A stretch of 64,000 nt of DNA from Nitrospirota bacterium (GTDB lineage Bacteria; Nitrospirota; UBA9217): assembly GCA_963796285.1 (NCBI GenBank), contig CAWCKW010000006.1:96001-160000 (forward strand), written 5' to 3'. The notes under the pieces are model-generated. The model had not been told where the DNA came from. It did not search any database and worked only from the letters and a program-made list of their open reading frames with translations. How positions within the stretch are numbered: the stretch's first letter is position 1; each line of letters starts with the position of its first letter. A program made the position numbers and the translations under genes. Below are positions 44,241-57,444 of the stretch, one piece after another.

Positions 44241-45109
44241 GGCTCAATTTCCAGGGTTCAGTCAACATTTGGTTGCGGCCAATCATGATTGACAAGCATA
44301 CATGACCGATTTCCCCTAACCCTTGCACAATTATTATAGCAGTAACATAATTATATTGTCAAGCATAGAAAATGAAACAGGGGAAACAGTTATGTTTTAG
44401 GTTATATTAAAGCAAGCAGGGCTACGGCATTCTTATGCAGCATGATAACTTGTATCTGCCTTGATTTCTTCAGCTTCACAACGCTGCCGTGTAGTGACAA
44501 CATAGTAGCACAATTAAGATCAGGCTATTTCCTTTGACTGCTGCTATTCGGCACTATTTGCAAATCAGAGAAATCGTTGAAGACTTCTTTTAACTCTTCA
44601 AGAAACAAGTAGGCCCGCTTATTCTGCTCAGTCACACATCTGTACTCGTGCTCTGTGTTAACATGCATCTCACGCTTTGATTTCGAGACTTATTCATGTT
44701 TGTATAGTTGATCCTACAAAAGTTTTCATCGGATCCAGACGCCCGCATAGCGAACCACACCTCGTTGCCTTGCGCGAGCATCTTAGTTCACTCGGGGAGA
44801 TAATAAGGCTTGCGATCCAGCCGGTTATGGCGAGAGCAACTTCTGTTTTGCGCAAGAGCGGTCATTTTTTAATGAAAATGGACTATTGCACACCGTCACA
44901 GATAGTATTGAAGGGAAGGAGCGCAATAAAATCATCAGCGCTGCTTTATGCTCTTCGGATGATAGTGCAATTCGTGTTGAGTTGCAGCGTCCGTTTTTCG
45001 TCGGCCTGCGGTTCGGATTTATCGGAGGAGGCAGATTGTATTCGTCAGAACACTCCCGGCTAGGTTCAAAGAATATAATGAGATGGATATCATCAGAACC
45101 GGAAAACAC

Positions 45110-47268
<2,159 letters not shown>

Positions 47269-47411
47269 GGTTCTTGAATCCCCCTTCGTGTAATTCCTCT
47301 AGAAACGCGCACCGTTAAGGCCGAGATCAAGATGTATTGTCTCGAAGTTCGCCCTAGCCCAATGTTCAGTACGAGTATGCATCGGTGGCCGAAAAGGCCC
47401 GATGCCGTTTT

Positions 47412-48209
47412 TTATGCTTCTTCAGCGGTTGCATCCACATCTTCAGTTAATGGTTCCGCTACTGCCACGGCCTGCGACTCGCCGGCGGCCTTCGCCGCCT
47501 CCATGGCCTCACCAGCCTCCTTAGCAATGGCCTGTCTGCCCTCGATGACGGCATCTGCGACCTTCGAGGCCATCAAGCGGATGGCGCGAATTGCATCATC
47601 ATTGCCTGGAATAACATAGTCGATATTGTCGGGATCACAGTTCGTGTCGACTACGGCGACCACCATTATGCCGAGCTTGTTTGCTTCCTGGACCGCGATC
47701 GCTTCCTTGCGCGGGTCGATGATGAACATCATGGATGGTGGTTGGGACATCGTCTTGATGCCGCAGAGGATCTTTTCAAGCTTGGTGCGTTCTTTCTCGA
47801 GTCCCGCCACTTCCTTCTTCGTGAGCTTATCGTACGTGCCGTCTTCCTTCATCTTTTCGATCTTTTTGAGCCGGTCGATGCTTTTCTTAATGGTGGCGAA
47901 ATTCGTGAGCATGCCGCCGAGCCAGCGGCTTGAGACATAGTACATTCCGCACCGCTTTGCCTCTTCGGTGATGGCGTCCTGGGCCTGCTTTTTGGTTCCG
48001 ACGAACATGATGTCCTTGCCCTGGGACGATGCGGTGCGGACAAATTCGTAAGCTTCCTTGAACAGTTTGAGCGTTTTCTGGAGATCGATGATGTAGATCC
48101 CGTTACGCTCTCCAAAAATGTACTTCTTCATTTTGGGGTTCCATCGTTTTGCCTGGTGGCCGAAGTGTACCCCTGCTTCCAACAACTCTTTCATCGTGAT
48201 CGTGGACAT
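47412..48209 (-). CDS. rpsB: 30S ribosomal protein S2
   Basis: [28 protein letters not shown]. Confidence 0.98.
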   Translation of the reverse strand: MSTITMKELLEAGVHFGHQAKRWNPKMKKYIFGERNGIYIIDLQKTLKLFKEAYEFVRTASSQGKDIMFVGTKKQAQDAITEEAKRCGMYYVSSRWLGGMLTNFATIKKSIDRLKKIEKMKEDGTYDKLTKKEVAGLEKERTKLEKILCGIKTMSQPPSMMFIIDPRKEAIAVQEANKLGIMVVAVVDTNCDPDNIDYVIPGNDDAIRAIRLMASKVADAVIEGRQAIAKEAGEAMEAAKAAGESQAVAVAEPLTEDVDATAEEA

Positions 48210-48307
48210 AATGTCCCTCCTTCAGGTTTTTACCTCCGCGCCGATCATTCCCCGGCAGATCCTGTATTAAAACAGGATACCCTGCCGTAGGTCCTGGCGC
48301 GTGTGTG
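48210..48307 (-). promoter_or_regulatory. rpsB leader (S2 autoregulatory element)
   Basis: CACACAC start, nested hairpin, GGAGG-TAAAA-ACC before the RBS. Confidence 0.55.
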
Positions 48308-48421
48308 ATGAGATATGCCTTTTTAAAAAGGCGACCAATAAAATACCATATATGTACGCACGTTTCAAGGAAAATTTCCTTTATATGTCTTTTTTTCGCA
48401 ATCTTATAATGAACGCATACG

Positions 48422-48441
48422 TTTTCTCAATTATGCAAAAC
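48422..48441 (+). promoter_or_regulatory. Putative upstream activator site
   Basis: TTTTCTCAATTATGCAAAAC, matches 6025..6044. Confidence 0.5.
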
Positions 48442-48482
48442 ACTCGAGACATGAATATTCATAAAATCAATCAGTTGGGTTT

Positions 48483-48498
48483 TGGCACGGTTGATGCA
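48483..48498 (+). promoter_or_regulatory. sigma54 -24/-12 promoter
   Basis: TGGCACGGTTGATGCA. Confidence 0.75.
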
Positions 48499-48509
48499 AT
48501 TTATCTAAG

Positions 48510-49157
48510 CAAGACGAACGAAAAGGAGGAAACGACAATGAAGACCACAATAGCAAGAAAGACAGCATACATCGGGGCAGGCGCAGGACTGGTGCTCTTC
48601 GCGCTCTTTGGGCTTCTGCCGGGCAGCCTGCTGGGCGGCGCGATGGGCATCAATATCGCGGGATGGTTCTTTGGGCTTCCCCTCCAGCCGGGACTGGTAT
48701 CGAGGGTCATCGTACTCGCATCCATGCTCCTCGGAGTTCTGGTAGCCGGCATCGTGATGGTAACGGCCACATCAACGGTCGGCTGGCTTGTCGGCAAGGC
48801 CCTTGAATCGGGCACGCATGCCAAAGAGCCGGAAGAAGCAAAAGCGGGCCAGAGATAAACAGAGGGGCAAGATACTATTCAACAAAATATAACAGCTGCG
48901 GCTGAAAGGAGATTCGCCATGAAGAACGAGACAGTCAAAACAGGAATGAAGATCGGAGCATCAATAGGGGGGGTGGTGTTTCTGGTATTCGGGATCATGC
49001 CGGGGTTCTACTTCGGCAGCTTCGGGACGCTGATCCTGCTCCAGAAGCTGATGGGCGGGACAGTTGAGCCGACCCTCATAGCGCGGGCAATAATCGTGAT
49101 GGGGATCGTGGTCGGGATCGCCTGCGCAGCAGCGGTCTGCCTCGTGGTCGGCGGGCT
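48510..49157 (+). repeat. 648-bp copy of 5309..5956 (inverted)
   Basis: Direct comparison. Confidence 0.92.
48538..48858 (+). CDS. Small Gly-rich membrane protein
   Basis: RBS AAGGAGG; identical protein to 5608..5928. Confidence 0.85.
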   Translation: MKTTIARKTAYIGAGAGLVLFALFGLLPGSLLGGAMGINIAGWFFGLPLQPGLVSRVIVLASMLLGVLVAGIVMVTATSTVGWLVGKALESGTHAKEPEEAKAGQR

Positions 49158-49230
49158 GATCGGCACGGCGATGGGCTACCTCGTATCCGCGCCGAGTGCG
49201 ATGAGAGAGAAGGCAGCAGAGAAGGCGTAG
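48919..49230 (+). CDS. Small Gly-rich membrane protein, paralog of the upstream gene
   Basis: RBS AAGGAG; shared FG-(L/M)PG and P-L--R-I pattern. Confidence 0.85.
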   Translation: MKNETVKTGMKIGASIGGVVFLVFGIMPGFYFGSFGTLILLQKLMGGTVEPTLIARAIIVMGIVVGIACAAAVCLVVGGLIGTAMGYLVSAPSAMREKAAEKA

Positions 49231-49265
49231 TCGAATTTCTGCAAGCTGATCATAAAATTATTTTG

Positions 49266-49293
49266 GAGGGGCAGCCCTGAGCGGCTGCCCCTC
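49266..49293. terminator. Hairpin terminator
   Basis: GAGGGGCAGCC..GGCTGCCCCTC. Confidence 0.6.
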
Positions 49294-49482
49294 GTTGATG
49301 ACCAGGATGATGACACAGGCGGTGAGAAATCACCGCCTGTGTTGTTTTGCGTGCCATAATAATACTGCGTTAAAGAGCAAAAATAGACATCACAACAGAT
49401 TGATATCTAACGATTTGTACGTTGATAACCTTCCTTGGAATCCGGAAACGACCTCGCCGGTTGCTTTTCACTACAAAAACGC

Positions 49483-49511
49483 TTGACAAATCTTATGAAA
49501 TTGTTTATATT
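49483..49511 (+). promoter_or_regulatory. sigma70 promoter of rplM-rpsI
   Basis: TTGACA-N17-TATATT. Confidence 0.65.
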
Positions 49512-49555
49512 CGCTATTCTTAAAAAAAATATTAAGATACAACAAGGCGGGGATT

Positions 49556-49987
49556 ATGGCTACGTATTCAGCAAAAGCAGAAGATATTAACAGAAAGTGG
49601 TTCGTCGTTGATGCCAACGGAAAGACTCTGGGCCGGCTGGCAACGGTTATCGCCGCAGTGCTGAAAGGCAAGACCAAACCTATCTACACGACGCATGTAG
49701 ACACTGGCGATTTTGTGATCGTGGTGAACGCGGACAAGGTCCACCTGACCGGCAAGAAGCTCGACCAGAAGATGTATTACAGTCACTCCGGGTTTCCCGG
49801 CGGCCTCAAGACCGTTAGCGCCGGTACGCTCATGCGGACCAAGCCAGAGGACGTGGTGATGATGGCGGTCGAGGGCATGCTTCCCAAGACACGGCTTGGC
49901 AAGCAGATGCTCACCAAGCTTAAGGTCTATGCCGGTGAAAAACATCCGCACGAGGCGCAGCAGCCGGTGGAAATGAGCATTAAATAG
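49556..49987 (+). CDS. rplM: 50S ribosomal protein L13
   Basis: [31 protein letters not shown]. Confidence 0.98.
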   Translation: MATYSAKAEDINRKWFVVDANGKTLGRLATVIAAVLKGKTKPIYTTHVDTGDFVIVVNADKVHLTGKKLDQKMYYSHSGFPGGLKTVSAGTLMRTKPEDVVMMAVEGMLPKTRLGKQMLTKLKVYAGEKHPHEAQQPVEMSIK

Positions 49988-50024
49988 TTATAAGAGAAAA
50001 CAGGGACAACCTGAGGAGGTTTGA

Positions 50025-50429
50025 ATGTCAGCGGCAAGTGTATCAACACGATATTATGCAACAGGTAGGAGAAAAAATTCCATCGCCAAGGTGTGGATGA
50101 TGCCCGGCAGCGGCAAGGTCACCATCAACGACAAGACCATGGATCAATATTTCGGCAGGGATGTGCTGAAGATGATCATTCGGCAGCCTTTTGAGGTCAC
50201 CGGAACGGTCGACAAGTTCGATGTGCTCGTGAGCGTGCTGGGCGGCGGAAACTCCGGCCAGGCCGGCGCAATCAGGCACGGGATCTCCAAGGCGCTTCTT
50301 GAAGTGGACGCCGAGTCGCGCGGCAAGCTTCGCAAGGAAGGGCTTCTGACCCGCGACCCCAGGGCAAAAGAGCGCAAGAAGTACGGCCAGAAAGGCGCGC
50401 GCGCGCGGTTCCAGTTCTCGAAGAGATAA
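50025..50429 (+). CDS. rpsI: 30S ribosomal protein S9
   Basis: [25 protein letters not shown]. Confidence 0.98.
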   Translation: MSAASVSTRYYATGRRKNSIAKVWMMPGSGKVTINDKTMDQYFGRDVLKMIIRQPFEVTGTVDKFDVLVSVLGGGNSGQAGAIRHGISKALLEVDAESRGKLRKEGLLTRDPRAKERKKYGQKGARARFQFSKR

Positions 50430-50474
50430 GGGATCATATACCTGTCGTTTGTTGAGTTTCATATCCTGTTACGA

Positions 50475-50509
50475 AAAAGGGAAGGTAGAGATGCCTTCCC
50501 TTTTATTTT
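50475..50509 (+). terminator. Intrinsic terminator after rpsI
   Basis: AAAAGGGAAGG..CCTTCCCTTTT. Confidence 0.7.
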
Positions 50510-50551
50510 GCTCAATGCGTGTGTGGCAATGAATGAGCGGAGTGCATCAGT

Positions 50552-51604
50552 ATGAGCAACGAAAAAATGAACATAGCTATCGTGGGATCGAGCGGGTACA
50601 CCGGCGGGGAACTCATGCGGATTCTCCTCAATCATCCGCACGTAACCGTGACCGCGATCACGTCGGAAAAATCCGCGGGCAAGCCCATCACGTCGGTCTT
50701 CCCGCACCTCGCGGGATTGACCTCGCTCGTGTGTGAACACCTCGACCCGGATACCATCTCGAAGAAATCAGACTTTGTGTTCCTCGCGCTTCCCCATGTG
50801 ACCGCGCAGGAGACCGCATTCCGATTTCACAAGCTTGGCAAAAAGGTTGTGGATCTGTCCGCCGACTACCGTCTTTCGGACCCCGCAGTGTATGCAACGT
50901 GGTATGAGCACGCGCACCAATACCCTGAGCTCCTGAAAGATGCGGTTTACGGCCTGCCAGAGCTGCACCGGGACAAGATAGTAAATGCCTCGCTGATCGC
51001 AAATCCGGGGTGTTATCCCACGGGCGCGATACTGGGGCTTGCGCCCCTTCTGCAAAAGAACAAGGTGGAGCTGGGGAGCATCATCGTAGACTCCAAGTCC
51101 GGTGTATCCGGGGCGGGACGAAGCCCTTCGCTTGCACACCACTTCCCGGAAGTGAACGAGGGGTTCATGGCCTATAAGGTCGGTACGCACCGTCACACAC
51201 CGGAGATCGAACAGGAGCTGTCCGCTCTGGCGGGAAAACAGATTACCCTTTCGTTCACGCCGCACCTGGTACCCATGAACCGGGGTATCCTGACCACGAT
51301 CTATGCAAAGCAGTTATCTGCTTCTGATACAGCACAGCTCCATTCCTTGTATGAGGAGTTTTATACAGAGGCACCGTTTGTGAGGATGCTACCGGTTGGT
51401 CAGCTACCAAACGTGCGGAACGTGCGGGGTTCGAACTTCTGCGATATTGGCGTTTATGCGGATCAGCGGACCGGTCGCGCGGTCGTGGTCACCGCCATCG
51501 ACAACCTCGTCAAGGGCGCATCGGGCCAGGCGATCCAGAACATGAACCTGATGATGGGATTTGATGAAGCGGAAGGCCTCAGGTTCGCGGGGGTGTTCCC
51601 CTAA
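50552..51604 (+). CDS. argC: N-acetyl-gamma-glutamyl-phosphate reductase
   Basis: [27 protein letters not shown]. Confidence 0.97.
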   Translation: MSNEKMNIAIVGSSGYTGGELMRILLNHPHVTVTAITSEKSAGKPITSVFPHLAGLTSLVCEHLDPDTISKKSDFVFLALPHVTAQETAFRFHKLGKKVVDLSADYRLSDPAVYATWYEHAHQYPELLKDAVYGLPELHRDKIVNASLIANPGCYPTGAILGLAPLLQKNKVELGSIIVDSKSGVSGAGRSPSLAHHFPEVNEGFMAYKVGTHRHTPEIEQELSALAGKQITLSFTPHLVPMNRGILTTIYAKQLSASDTAQLHSLYEEFYTEAPFVRMLPVGQLPNVRNVRGSNFCDIGVYADQRTGRAVVVTAIDNLVKGASGQAIQNMNLMMGFDEAEGLRFAGVFP

Positions 51605-51641
51605 TCCGATATTTTAATCACGCCGAAACAGGGGTGGAAGA

Positions 51642-52847
51642 ATGAGAACTCTGGATACAAAGAATTTTTCCGTGCCAGGATATAAGGCCTGGGGGATCCA
51701 TTGCGGGGTCAAGAAGACGGATAAAAAAGATCTCGCGATCATCTATTCCGAACGCGAGGCAGCGGTTGCAGGGGTCTTCACGAAGAACCGGGTGAAAGCT
51801 GCATCAATTGTGCTGGACATGGCGAGGGTGAAGTCGGGGAAAGGGCAGGCCATCATTGCGAACAGCGGATGCGCCAATGCCTGCACCGGCAAGCGCGGTC
51901 TCGCTGATGCGCGTGCCACGGCAGAGATTGCGGCCCGGGAGCTCGGTATCATTCCCGAGGCGGTATATGTGGCATCTACCGGTGTGATCGGCGAATTTCT
52001 GCCCATTCCGAAGATGGAAACGGGCATCAGCACCGCGGTCGGTCTTCTGTCAGCCTCGGGCTGGGAGCAGGCAGCCGAAGCCATTATGACCACGGACCTC
52101 TTTCCCAAGCTTTCGATAGTGCAGGAAGAGATCGGCGGCAAGACAATCACGATCGCGGGCATCGCCAAGGGATCGGGTATGATCCACCCGAATATGGCGA
52201 CCATGCTCTGCTTTATTGTGACAGACGCGAATATTTCGGCGCCTATGCTCAAGAAGTCCCTGCTCGCGTCCGCGGAGATCTCTTTTAATAACATCACGGT
52301 GGACGGCGATACGAGCACGAATGACCTGATCCTCTGCATGGCGAACGGCGCGGCGGGCAACAAGCGGCCGGGTGTGGGCAGCAGGGACAGCAGGAAGTTT
52401 CAGGCATGCCTCGACATAGTGGCGCGCTCTCTTGCAAAGCAGGTGGTGAAGGACGGCGAAGGTGCGACGAAGTTCGTGGAGATCGAGGTCAGGAACGCCA
52501 GGAGCCCCATTGAAGCAAAACGCTCCGCCATGGCCGTGGCGAAGTCGAGCCTTGTCAAGACCGCTTTATTCGGTGAAGATGCGAACTGGGGCAGGATCAT
52601 GGCGGCACTGGGATATTCCGGCGTTGAGATGGACGAGGCCAGGACGGATATTTATATTGGCAAAAGCAAGCTCGTCGAAAAAGGTTTGGGGCAGGGCAAG
52701 CTTGCTGAACGCGAGGCAGCGCTTGCACTGAAGCAGCGGGAAGTCCGAATCATCATTGATTTGCACAAAGGCAAAGCAGTCGCAATGGTCTGGACATGCG
52801 ACCTGTCGTACGACTATGTGAAAATAAACGCAGCTTATCGGAGTTGA
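51642..52847 (+). CDS. argJ: Ornithine acetyltransferase / N-acetylglutamate synthase
   Basis: KGSGMIHPNMATML, DGDTSTND, DGEGATK. Confidence 0.97.
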   Translation: MRTLDTKNFSVPGYKAWGIHCGVKKTDKKDLAIIYSEREAAVAGVFTKNRVKAASIVLDMARVKSGKGQAIIANSGCANACTGKRGLADARATAEIAARELGIIPEAVYVASTGVIGEFLPIPKMETGISTAVGLLSASGWEQAAEAIMTTDLFPKLSIVQEEIGGKTITIAGIAKGSGMIHPNMATMLCFIVTDANISAPMLKKSLLASAEISFNNITVDGDTSTNDLILCMANGAAGNKRPGVGSRDSRKFQACLDIVARSLAKQVVKDGEGATKFVEIEVRNARSPIEAKRSAMAVAKSSLVKTALFGEDANWGRIMAALGYSGVEMDEARTDIYIGKSKLVEKGLGQGKLAEREAALALKQREVRIIIDLHKGKAVAMVWTCDLSYDYVKINAAYRS

Positions 52848-53083
52848 CGGACGGGGGTCGGTATATTTGCGCGGGCAGGTAGTTGAAATGTACTGAAAAT
52901 TTAGTAAAAATATGTCTTGACATTCATTAATGGAGTGGTTAATTTTAGTGATTATGCCGCTTTTCTGATAACAGAAGAGCGGTTTAACTGTTTCATGCTT
53001 TATACAGCTCGGCGCTTTTCAGTGAATACCATTAAAAACTATAAATAATAATAAGATATAAGCAGGAGGGGGGTGTAGAGAGG

Positions 53084-53284
53084 GTGCCTAGTATCAAGTT
53101 GCGAGAGAATGAACCTTTTGAGGTTGCGCTCCGGAGGTTCAAGAAAAGCATTGAAAAGGAAGGTGTACTTTCAGAGGTCAAGAAGCGGGAGCATTACGAA
53201 AAACCGAGCGTAAAGAAAAAGAAAAAAGCTATTGCCGCGCGTAAAAAAGCGGCGAAGACGGCAAAAATTTTCCGGCATGGTTAA
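53084..53284 (+). CDS. rpsU: 30S ribosomal protein S21
   Basis: [15 protein letters not shown]. Confidence 0.96.
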   Translation: MPSIKLRENEPFEVALRRFKKSIEKEGVLSEVKKREHYEKPSVKKKKKAIAARKKAAKTAKIFRHG

Positions 53285-53380
53285 AGCGGACGAGCGCGGC
53301 TCTCGGGAAGCGGCAGCGACAACAATAAAAAGCCAGAGTGAAAAGGGCGCAGGAATGACAGATTACTAAAGAGGGGCAAA

Positions 53381-53824
53381 ATGGGATTACGAGAGACGAT
53401 TGACGCTGATACTAAGGATGCCCTCAAGTCCGGCGCTAAAGATAAGGTTTCCACCCTCAGGATGCTGAGTGCAGCCCTCAAGAATAAGCAGATCGACTTG
53501 CGGCGGCCGCTCACTGAAGATGAGGTGGTTGAGTCCGTACGCTCTCTCATTAAGCAACGGAGAGATTCGATCGAGCAGTTCGGCAAGGGTGGCCGGCAGG
53601 ATCTTGTTGATAAAGAGACTGCCGAGGTTGCGGTACTTGAAGTATATCTGCCCCAGCAACTATCTCGCGAAGAAATAGAGCTCATCGTCCGGGAGGCGGT
53701 CATCCAGGCCGGCGCGCAGGGAGCCAAGGACATGGGTAAGGTCATGAAGGTGATCATTCCACGGGTGGGCGGGCGAGCTGATGGAAAGCTGGTGAGCGAA
53801 CTTGTCAAACATGCGTTGGGTTAA
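53381..53824 (+). CDS. GatB/YqeY domain protein
   Basis: KQRRDSIEQF, YLPQQLS, KDMGKVM, RADGK. Confidence 0.93.
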   Translation: MGLRETIDADTKDALKSGAKDKVSTLRMLSAALKNKQIDLRRPLTEDEVVESVRSLIKQRRDSIEQFGKGGRQDLVDKETAEVAVLEVYLPQQLSREEIELIVREAVIQAGAQGAKDMGKVMKVIIPRVGGRADGKLVSELVKHALG

Positions 53825-54088
53825 AGAAATGGTTTCAGACGCAGTGGTACGCGATGTATCACTCCAGGGCTGAACAGGGGGCCATGTAGACCGGGGCCCT
53901 CTATTTTTTTTCATAACGTACAGATTCACCTCTTATCAATTCTTAAACAACATCATCTTGAGCTGCACAACGGGATTGACTAACGCGAATACGAGAACCC
54001 CGGGAACTTCCGTTCGTGCTTTTTATGTTATTCGTGCAATTCGGTCGCCTCATGTGGTGCTCCTTCTTTCTCGTCAGGAGTCTGTGTA

Positions 54089-55042
54089 TTGAAACTTCAG
54101 GAGTTCTTTAGACTGGCAATCCAATCCGGCATCGATGCCGATCCGCGCGGCAGAGCCGCCGTGGAACAGGAACTGCTCGAAACGCGCAAGGCTTACGAAG
54201 AGCTCAAGCCTGAGGACAGGGCAACGTTCGATCAGGAAAAGCTTGAGAACCCCTATACCGACAGCAGGATACTGTACGGCAGTCCGGGTCGGCAGGTGAA
54301 GAACATCCTCGCCGGGATCGATATCGAAACTCCGGAGCTTCTGCTTGCCGATCGCTTGATCCAGAAGGGTATGGAAATAGATCTCGTTCTGGCCCACCAC
54401 CCCGAAGGCCGCGCCTACGCGAACTTCTATGAAGTGATGAAGATGCAGGCCGATATTCTCAACCGATTCGGTGTGCCGATCAATGTGGCGGAAGGCCAGC
54501 TGAGCGGCCGGATAAAGGAAGTTGAGCGCAGCCTCATGCCAATGAACCATACGAGGCCGGTGGAAGCCGCGCGTCTCCTCAACCTCCCCTACTTGTGTCT
54601 GCATACACCAGCCGACAACATGGTCGTGAGCTATCTTCAGTCCTTGTTTGACAAGGAGTTGCCTGTCCGTCTGAAGGATGTGGTCAAGCTCCTCAAGCAA
54701 ATTCCGGAATATCAGGAGGCGGCCAGGAACAACGCGGGACCCAGGATACTGATCGGCTCCGATGACCAGCGGACCGGCAAGGTGTTTGTGGACATGACCG
54801 GCGGGACCTCAGGTTCCAAGGACACGCTCGAGAAACTTTCCCAGTCAGGTGTCGGGACGATCGTGGGCATGCATATGTCCGAAGACCACCGGAAAGAGGC
54901 GGAGAAACACCACATCCATGTCGTGATCGCCGGACACATATCGAGCGATACGCTCGGGCTCAACCTCCTTTTCGATGCCATGGAAAAACGCGGACCACTG
55001 AACGTCGTGGACTGTTCAGGCTTCAAACGGATCAGAAGGTAG
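54089..55042 (+). CDS. NIF3-like (NGG1p-interacting factor) metal-binding protein
   Basis: GIDIE, AHHPEG, HTPADN, AGHISSD. Confidence 0.82.
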   Translation: MKLQEFFRLAIQSGIDADPRGRAAVEQELLETRKAYEELKPEDRATFDQEKLENPYTDSRILYGSPGRQVKNILAGIDIETPELLLADRLIQKGMEIDLVLAHHPEGRAYANFYEVMKMQADILNRFGVPINVAEGQLSGRIKEVERSLMPMNHTRPVEAARLLNLPYLCLHTPADNMVVSYLQSLFDKELPVRLKDVVKLLKQIPEYQEAARNNAGPRILIGSDDQRTGKVFVDMTGGTSGSKDTLEKLSQSGVGTIVGMHMSEDHRKEAEKHHIHVVIAGHISSDTLGLNLLFDAMEKRGPLNVVDCSGFKRIRR

Positions 55043-55058
55043 AGCCGATGTTCCCGGT

Positions 55059-57443
55059 ATGAATGACCATTCCCTGAGAGTGCTGGAATATGACAAAGTA
55101 GCCAGTGTCGTATCCGGATTCGCGGCATCGGAGGCAGGGAGGGACGCTGTTCTCGCCCTTCTTCCCTCACCTGATGCCGGGATTGTCGAGACCCGGCTTC
55201 AGGAGACGAGGGAGTTCATGCATCTTCTCCGGAGCAACGAAGTCCCTCCGCTTGACGGTATCCTGAATGTACGAGGGGCGGTCCACAAACTCGGCCCAAC
55301 AGGCAGCATGCTTTCCCCTGTCGAACTCTTGAACCTGGCGACGACCCTTGGTACCGGCAGACGGGCCAAGCAGTTTTTCCAGCGCTTTGAAGGAAAGGGG
55401 GCCGAGGGAAGGCTTCGGACCCCGCTCCTGTGTGCCCGGGCAGGAAAGATACGGCCGCTACAGCATCTTGAGGAAGCGGTCTTTTCCGCGATCGATGATA
55501 AGGCCGAGGTCAAGGATTCGGCCAGCCCGACGCTCCGGAAGGTGCGCAAGCAGATCGTTCGGACTCGCGAGGATATCCTGGGCCGCATGTCCGGCATCCT
55601 GCAGGACAGCGGATTTCAAAAGGTGATCCAGGAGCCGGTGATCACGGTCCGTGATGACCGGTATGTGCTGCCGCTCAAGCCCAATTTCAGGCAGAGCATG
55701 AAAGGCGTTGTGCACGGGCAATCCGGGTCCCGGTCCACGCTCTTTGTCGAGCCCCTCGAGATCCTGGAACAGAACAATCGTCTTGCCGAGCTCCGCATGG
55801 AAGAGCGTGAAGAGGTTGAGCGCATCCTGCGGGAGTTGACCTCTCTCATGACGCAGGAGGCGGAAGCGATCGAGGACACGATCGAGGCCCTAGCCGGGAT
55901 CGACGCGGTGCACGCCAGGGCCCGGTTCGGGATCGAGTATGAGGGGACCGTACCTGCACTCTCTGCAGATCGGACCATCCGGCTCCGGGCATCGCGCCAC
56001 CCGCTCTTGGCGGTCAAGTTCAAGAACGCTGTCGGCAACAAGGTCGTTACGACGAATGACATCGAGCTCAGCTCGACCGAACGGGCGCTGATCCTGAGCG
56101 GTCCGAACGCCGGCGGCAAAACAGTGATCCTGAAGACCGTTGGACTCCTCTCCCTCATGGCGCAGTCCGGCATACCGGTGACAGCGGATGAAGGAAGCGA
56201 GCTTCCGTGCTTCAGTTCGTTATTCGCCGATATCGGCGACGAGCAGAGCCTGGAACAGGACCTGAGCACCTTTTCGTCCCATGTACGCCAGATCGCGGAG
56301 ATCCTTCATCAGGCGGATCGGGATTCCCTCGTGCTGCTGGACGAACTCGGGTCCGGCACGGACCCGAACGAGGGTGCGGGACTCGGCGCGGCAGTGCTCG
56401 AGAGCCTGATTGAGCGCGGCTGCATCGCTCTTGTGACCACGCATCACAACGCGCTGAAGCTTTTTGGTTCGCAGACGAGCGGTGCCGTGAACGCGGCCAT
56501 GGAGTTCGATCCCCAGACGCTCAAGCCCACGTACCAGCTCATACCAGGCAGGCCTGGCAGGAGCTATGGCTTGGATATGGCAACGAGGCTTGGTGTGCCA
56601 GATGAGGTGATCGGTCGCGCACGGGCACGGATCAGCCAGGATGATGCCAGGCTTGAGACGCTGCTCAAACAGGTGGAGGATGATTCCCGTCTGCTCGCGT
56701 CCGAAAGGGAATTTCTCGAAAAAGAGTGTGCAGCAGCAAAACAGGAACGGGTCGAGGCAGCATCCCTGCTCCGGGCAGCGAAGGAAGAGGCCCGTGCGGT
56801 AAAAACAAGGACAAAAGAGGAGGCGCGGGAGGTCCTGTCCGCCCTGCGTCAGAAGCTCCGAGAACTTTCACGTACTGCGGAGCTGGAACAGGCAGATATC
56901 AGGAAAACGGTCTCGGAGGTCGAGGCCCTAGCGAAGGCATTGCAGCCCGGTGAATTGGAACCGCAGGTTGCTTCTGTGCCGCTGACCGACCTGCACCGGG
57001 GTGACCGGATAAAGCTGGTGAGGGTGAACAAAACCGGCATTGTGCTCGGTTCGCACCGGGGCATGCTCGAGATCGAGGTTGACGGCAAGAAGATCAAGCT
57101 CTCCTCGCGCGAGGTTGTGCTGCTCGATCCTGTTCCGCATGGGCAAAAAGCGCACAGTGTACCTGGCTGGGGTACCGAACTCCACGAAGAAGAAGGACCA
57201 TTGGACCGGCTCAACCTCCTCGGTTTTCGCGTGAATGAGGCATTGACAGAAGTGGAACGGTTCATCGACCGCGTCGGGATGAGCGGCCTGACCGTTGTGA
57301 CCATTATCCACGGCTTGGGGACCGGCGCCCTCAAGACAGCAGTAACAGAATATCTCACGAACCATCCGCTTATCGCAGTCATCCGGCCGGGAGAACCGGC
57401 CGAAGGCGGCGCAGGCGTTACCGTGGCGGAGTTGAAAAAATAA
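55059..57443 (+). CDS. mutS2: Endonuclease MutS2
   Basis: GPNAGGKT, DELGSGTDP, C-terminal Smr IIHGLGTG. Confidence 0.95.
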   Translation: MNDHSLRVLEYDKVASVVSGFAASEAGRDAVLALLPSPDAGIVETRLQETREFMHLLRSNEVPPLDGILNVRGAVHKLGPTGSMLSPVELLNLATTLGTGRRAKQFFQRFEGKGAEGRLRTPLLCARAGKIRPLQHLEEAVFSAIDDKAEVKDSASPTLRKVRKQIVRTREDILGRMSGILQDSGFQKVIQEPVITVRDDRYVLPLKPNFRQSMKGVVHGQSGSRSTLFVEPLEILEQNNRLAELRMEEREEVERILRELTSLMTQEAEAIEDTIEALAGIDAVHARARFGIEYEGTVPALSADRTIRLRASRHPLLAVKFKNAVGNKVVTTNDIELSSTERALILSGPNAGGKTVILKTVGLLSLMAQSGIPVTADEGSELPCFSSLFADIGDEQSLEQDLSTFSSHVRQIAEILHQADRDSLVLLDELGSGTDPNEGAGLGAAVLESLIERGCIALVTTHHNALKLFGSQTSGAVNAAMEFDPQTLKPTYQLIPGRPGRSYGLDMATRLGVPDEVIGRARARISQDDARLETLLKQVEDDSRLLASEREFLEKECAAAKQERVEAASLLRAAKEEARAVKTRTKEEAREVLSALRQKLRELSRTAELEQADIRKTVSEVEALAKALQPGELEPQVASVPLTDLHRGDRIKLVRVNKTGIVLGSHRGMLEIEVDGKKIKLSSREVVLLDPVPHGQKAHSVPGWGTELHEEEGPLDRLNLLGFRVNEALTEVERFIDRVGMSGLTVVTIIHGLGTGALKTAVTEYLTNHPLIAVIRPGEPAEGGAGVTVAELKK

Positions 57444-57444
57444 C

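Noticed and set aside
44300-45100. Short ORFs between the PilZ gene and frr
   Set aside because: No recognisable motifs or convincing RBS; left unannotated.
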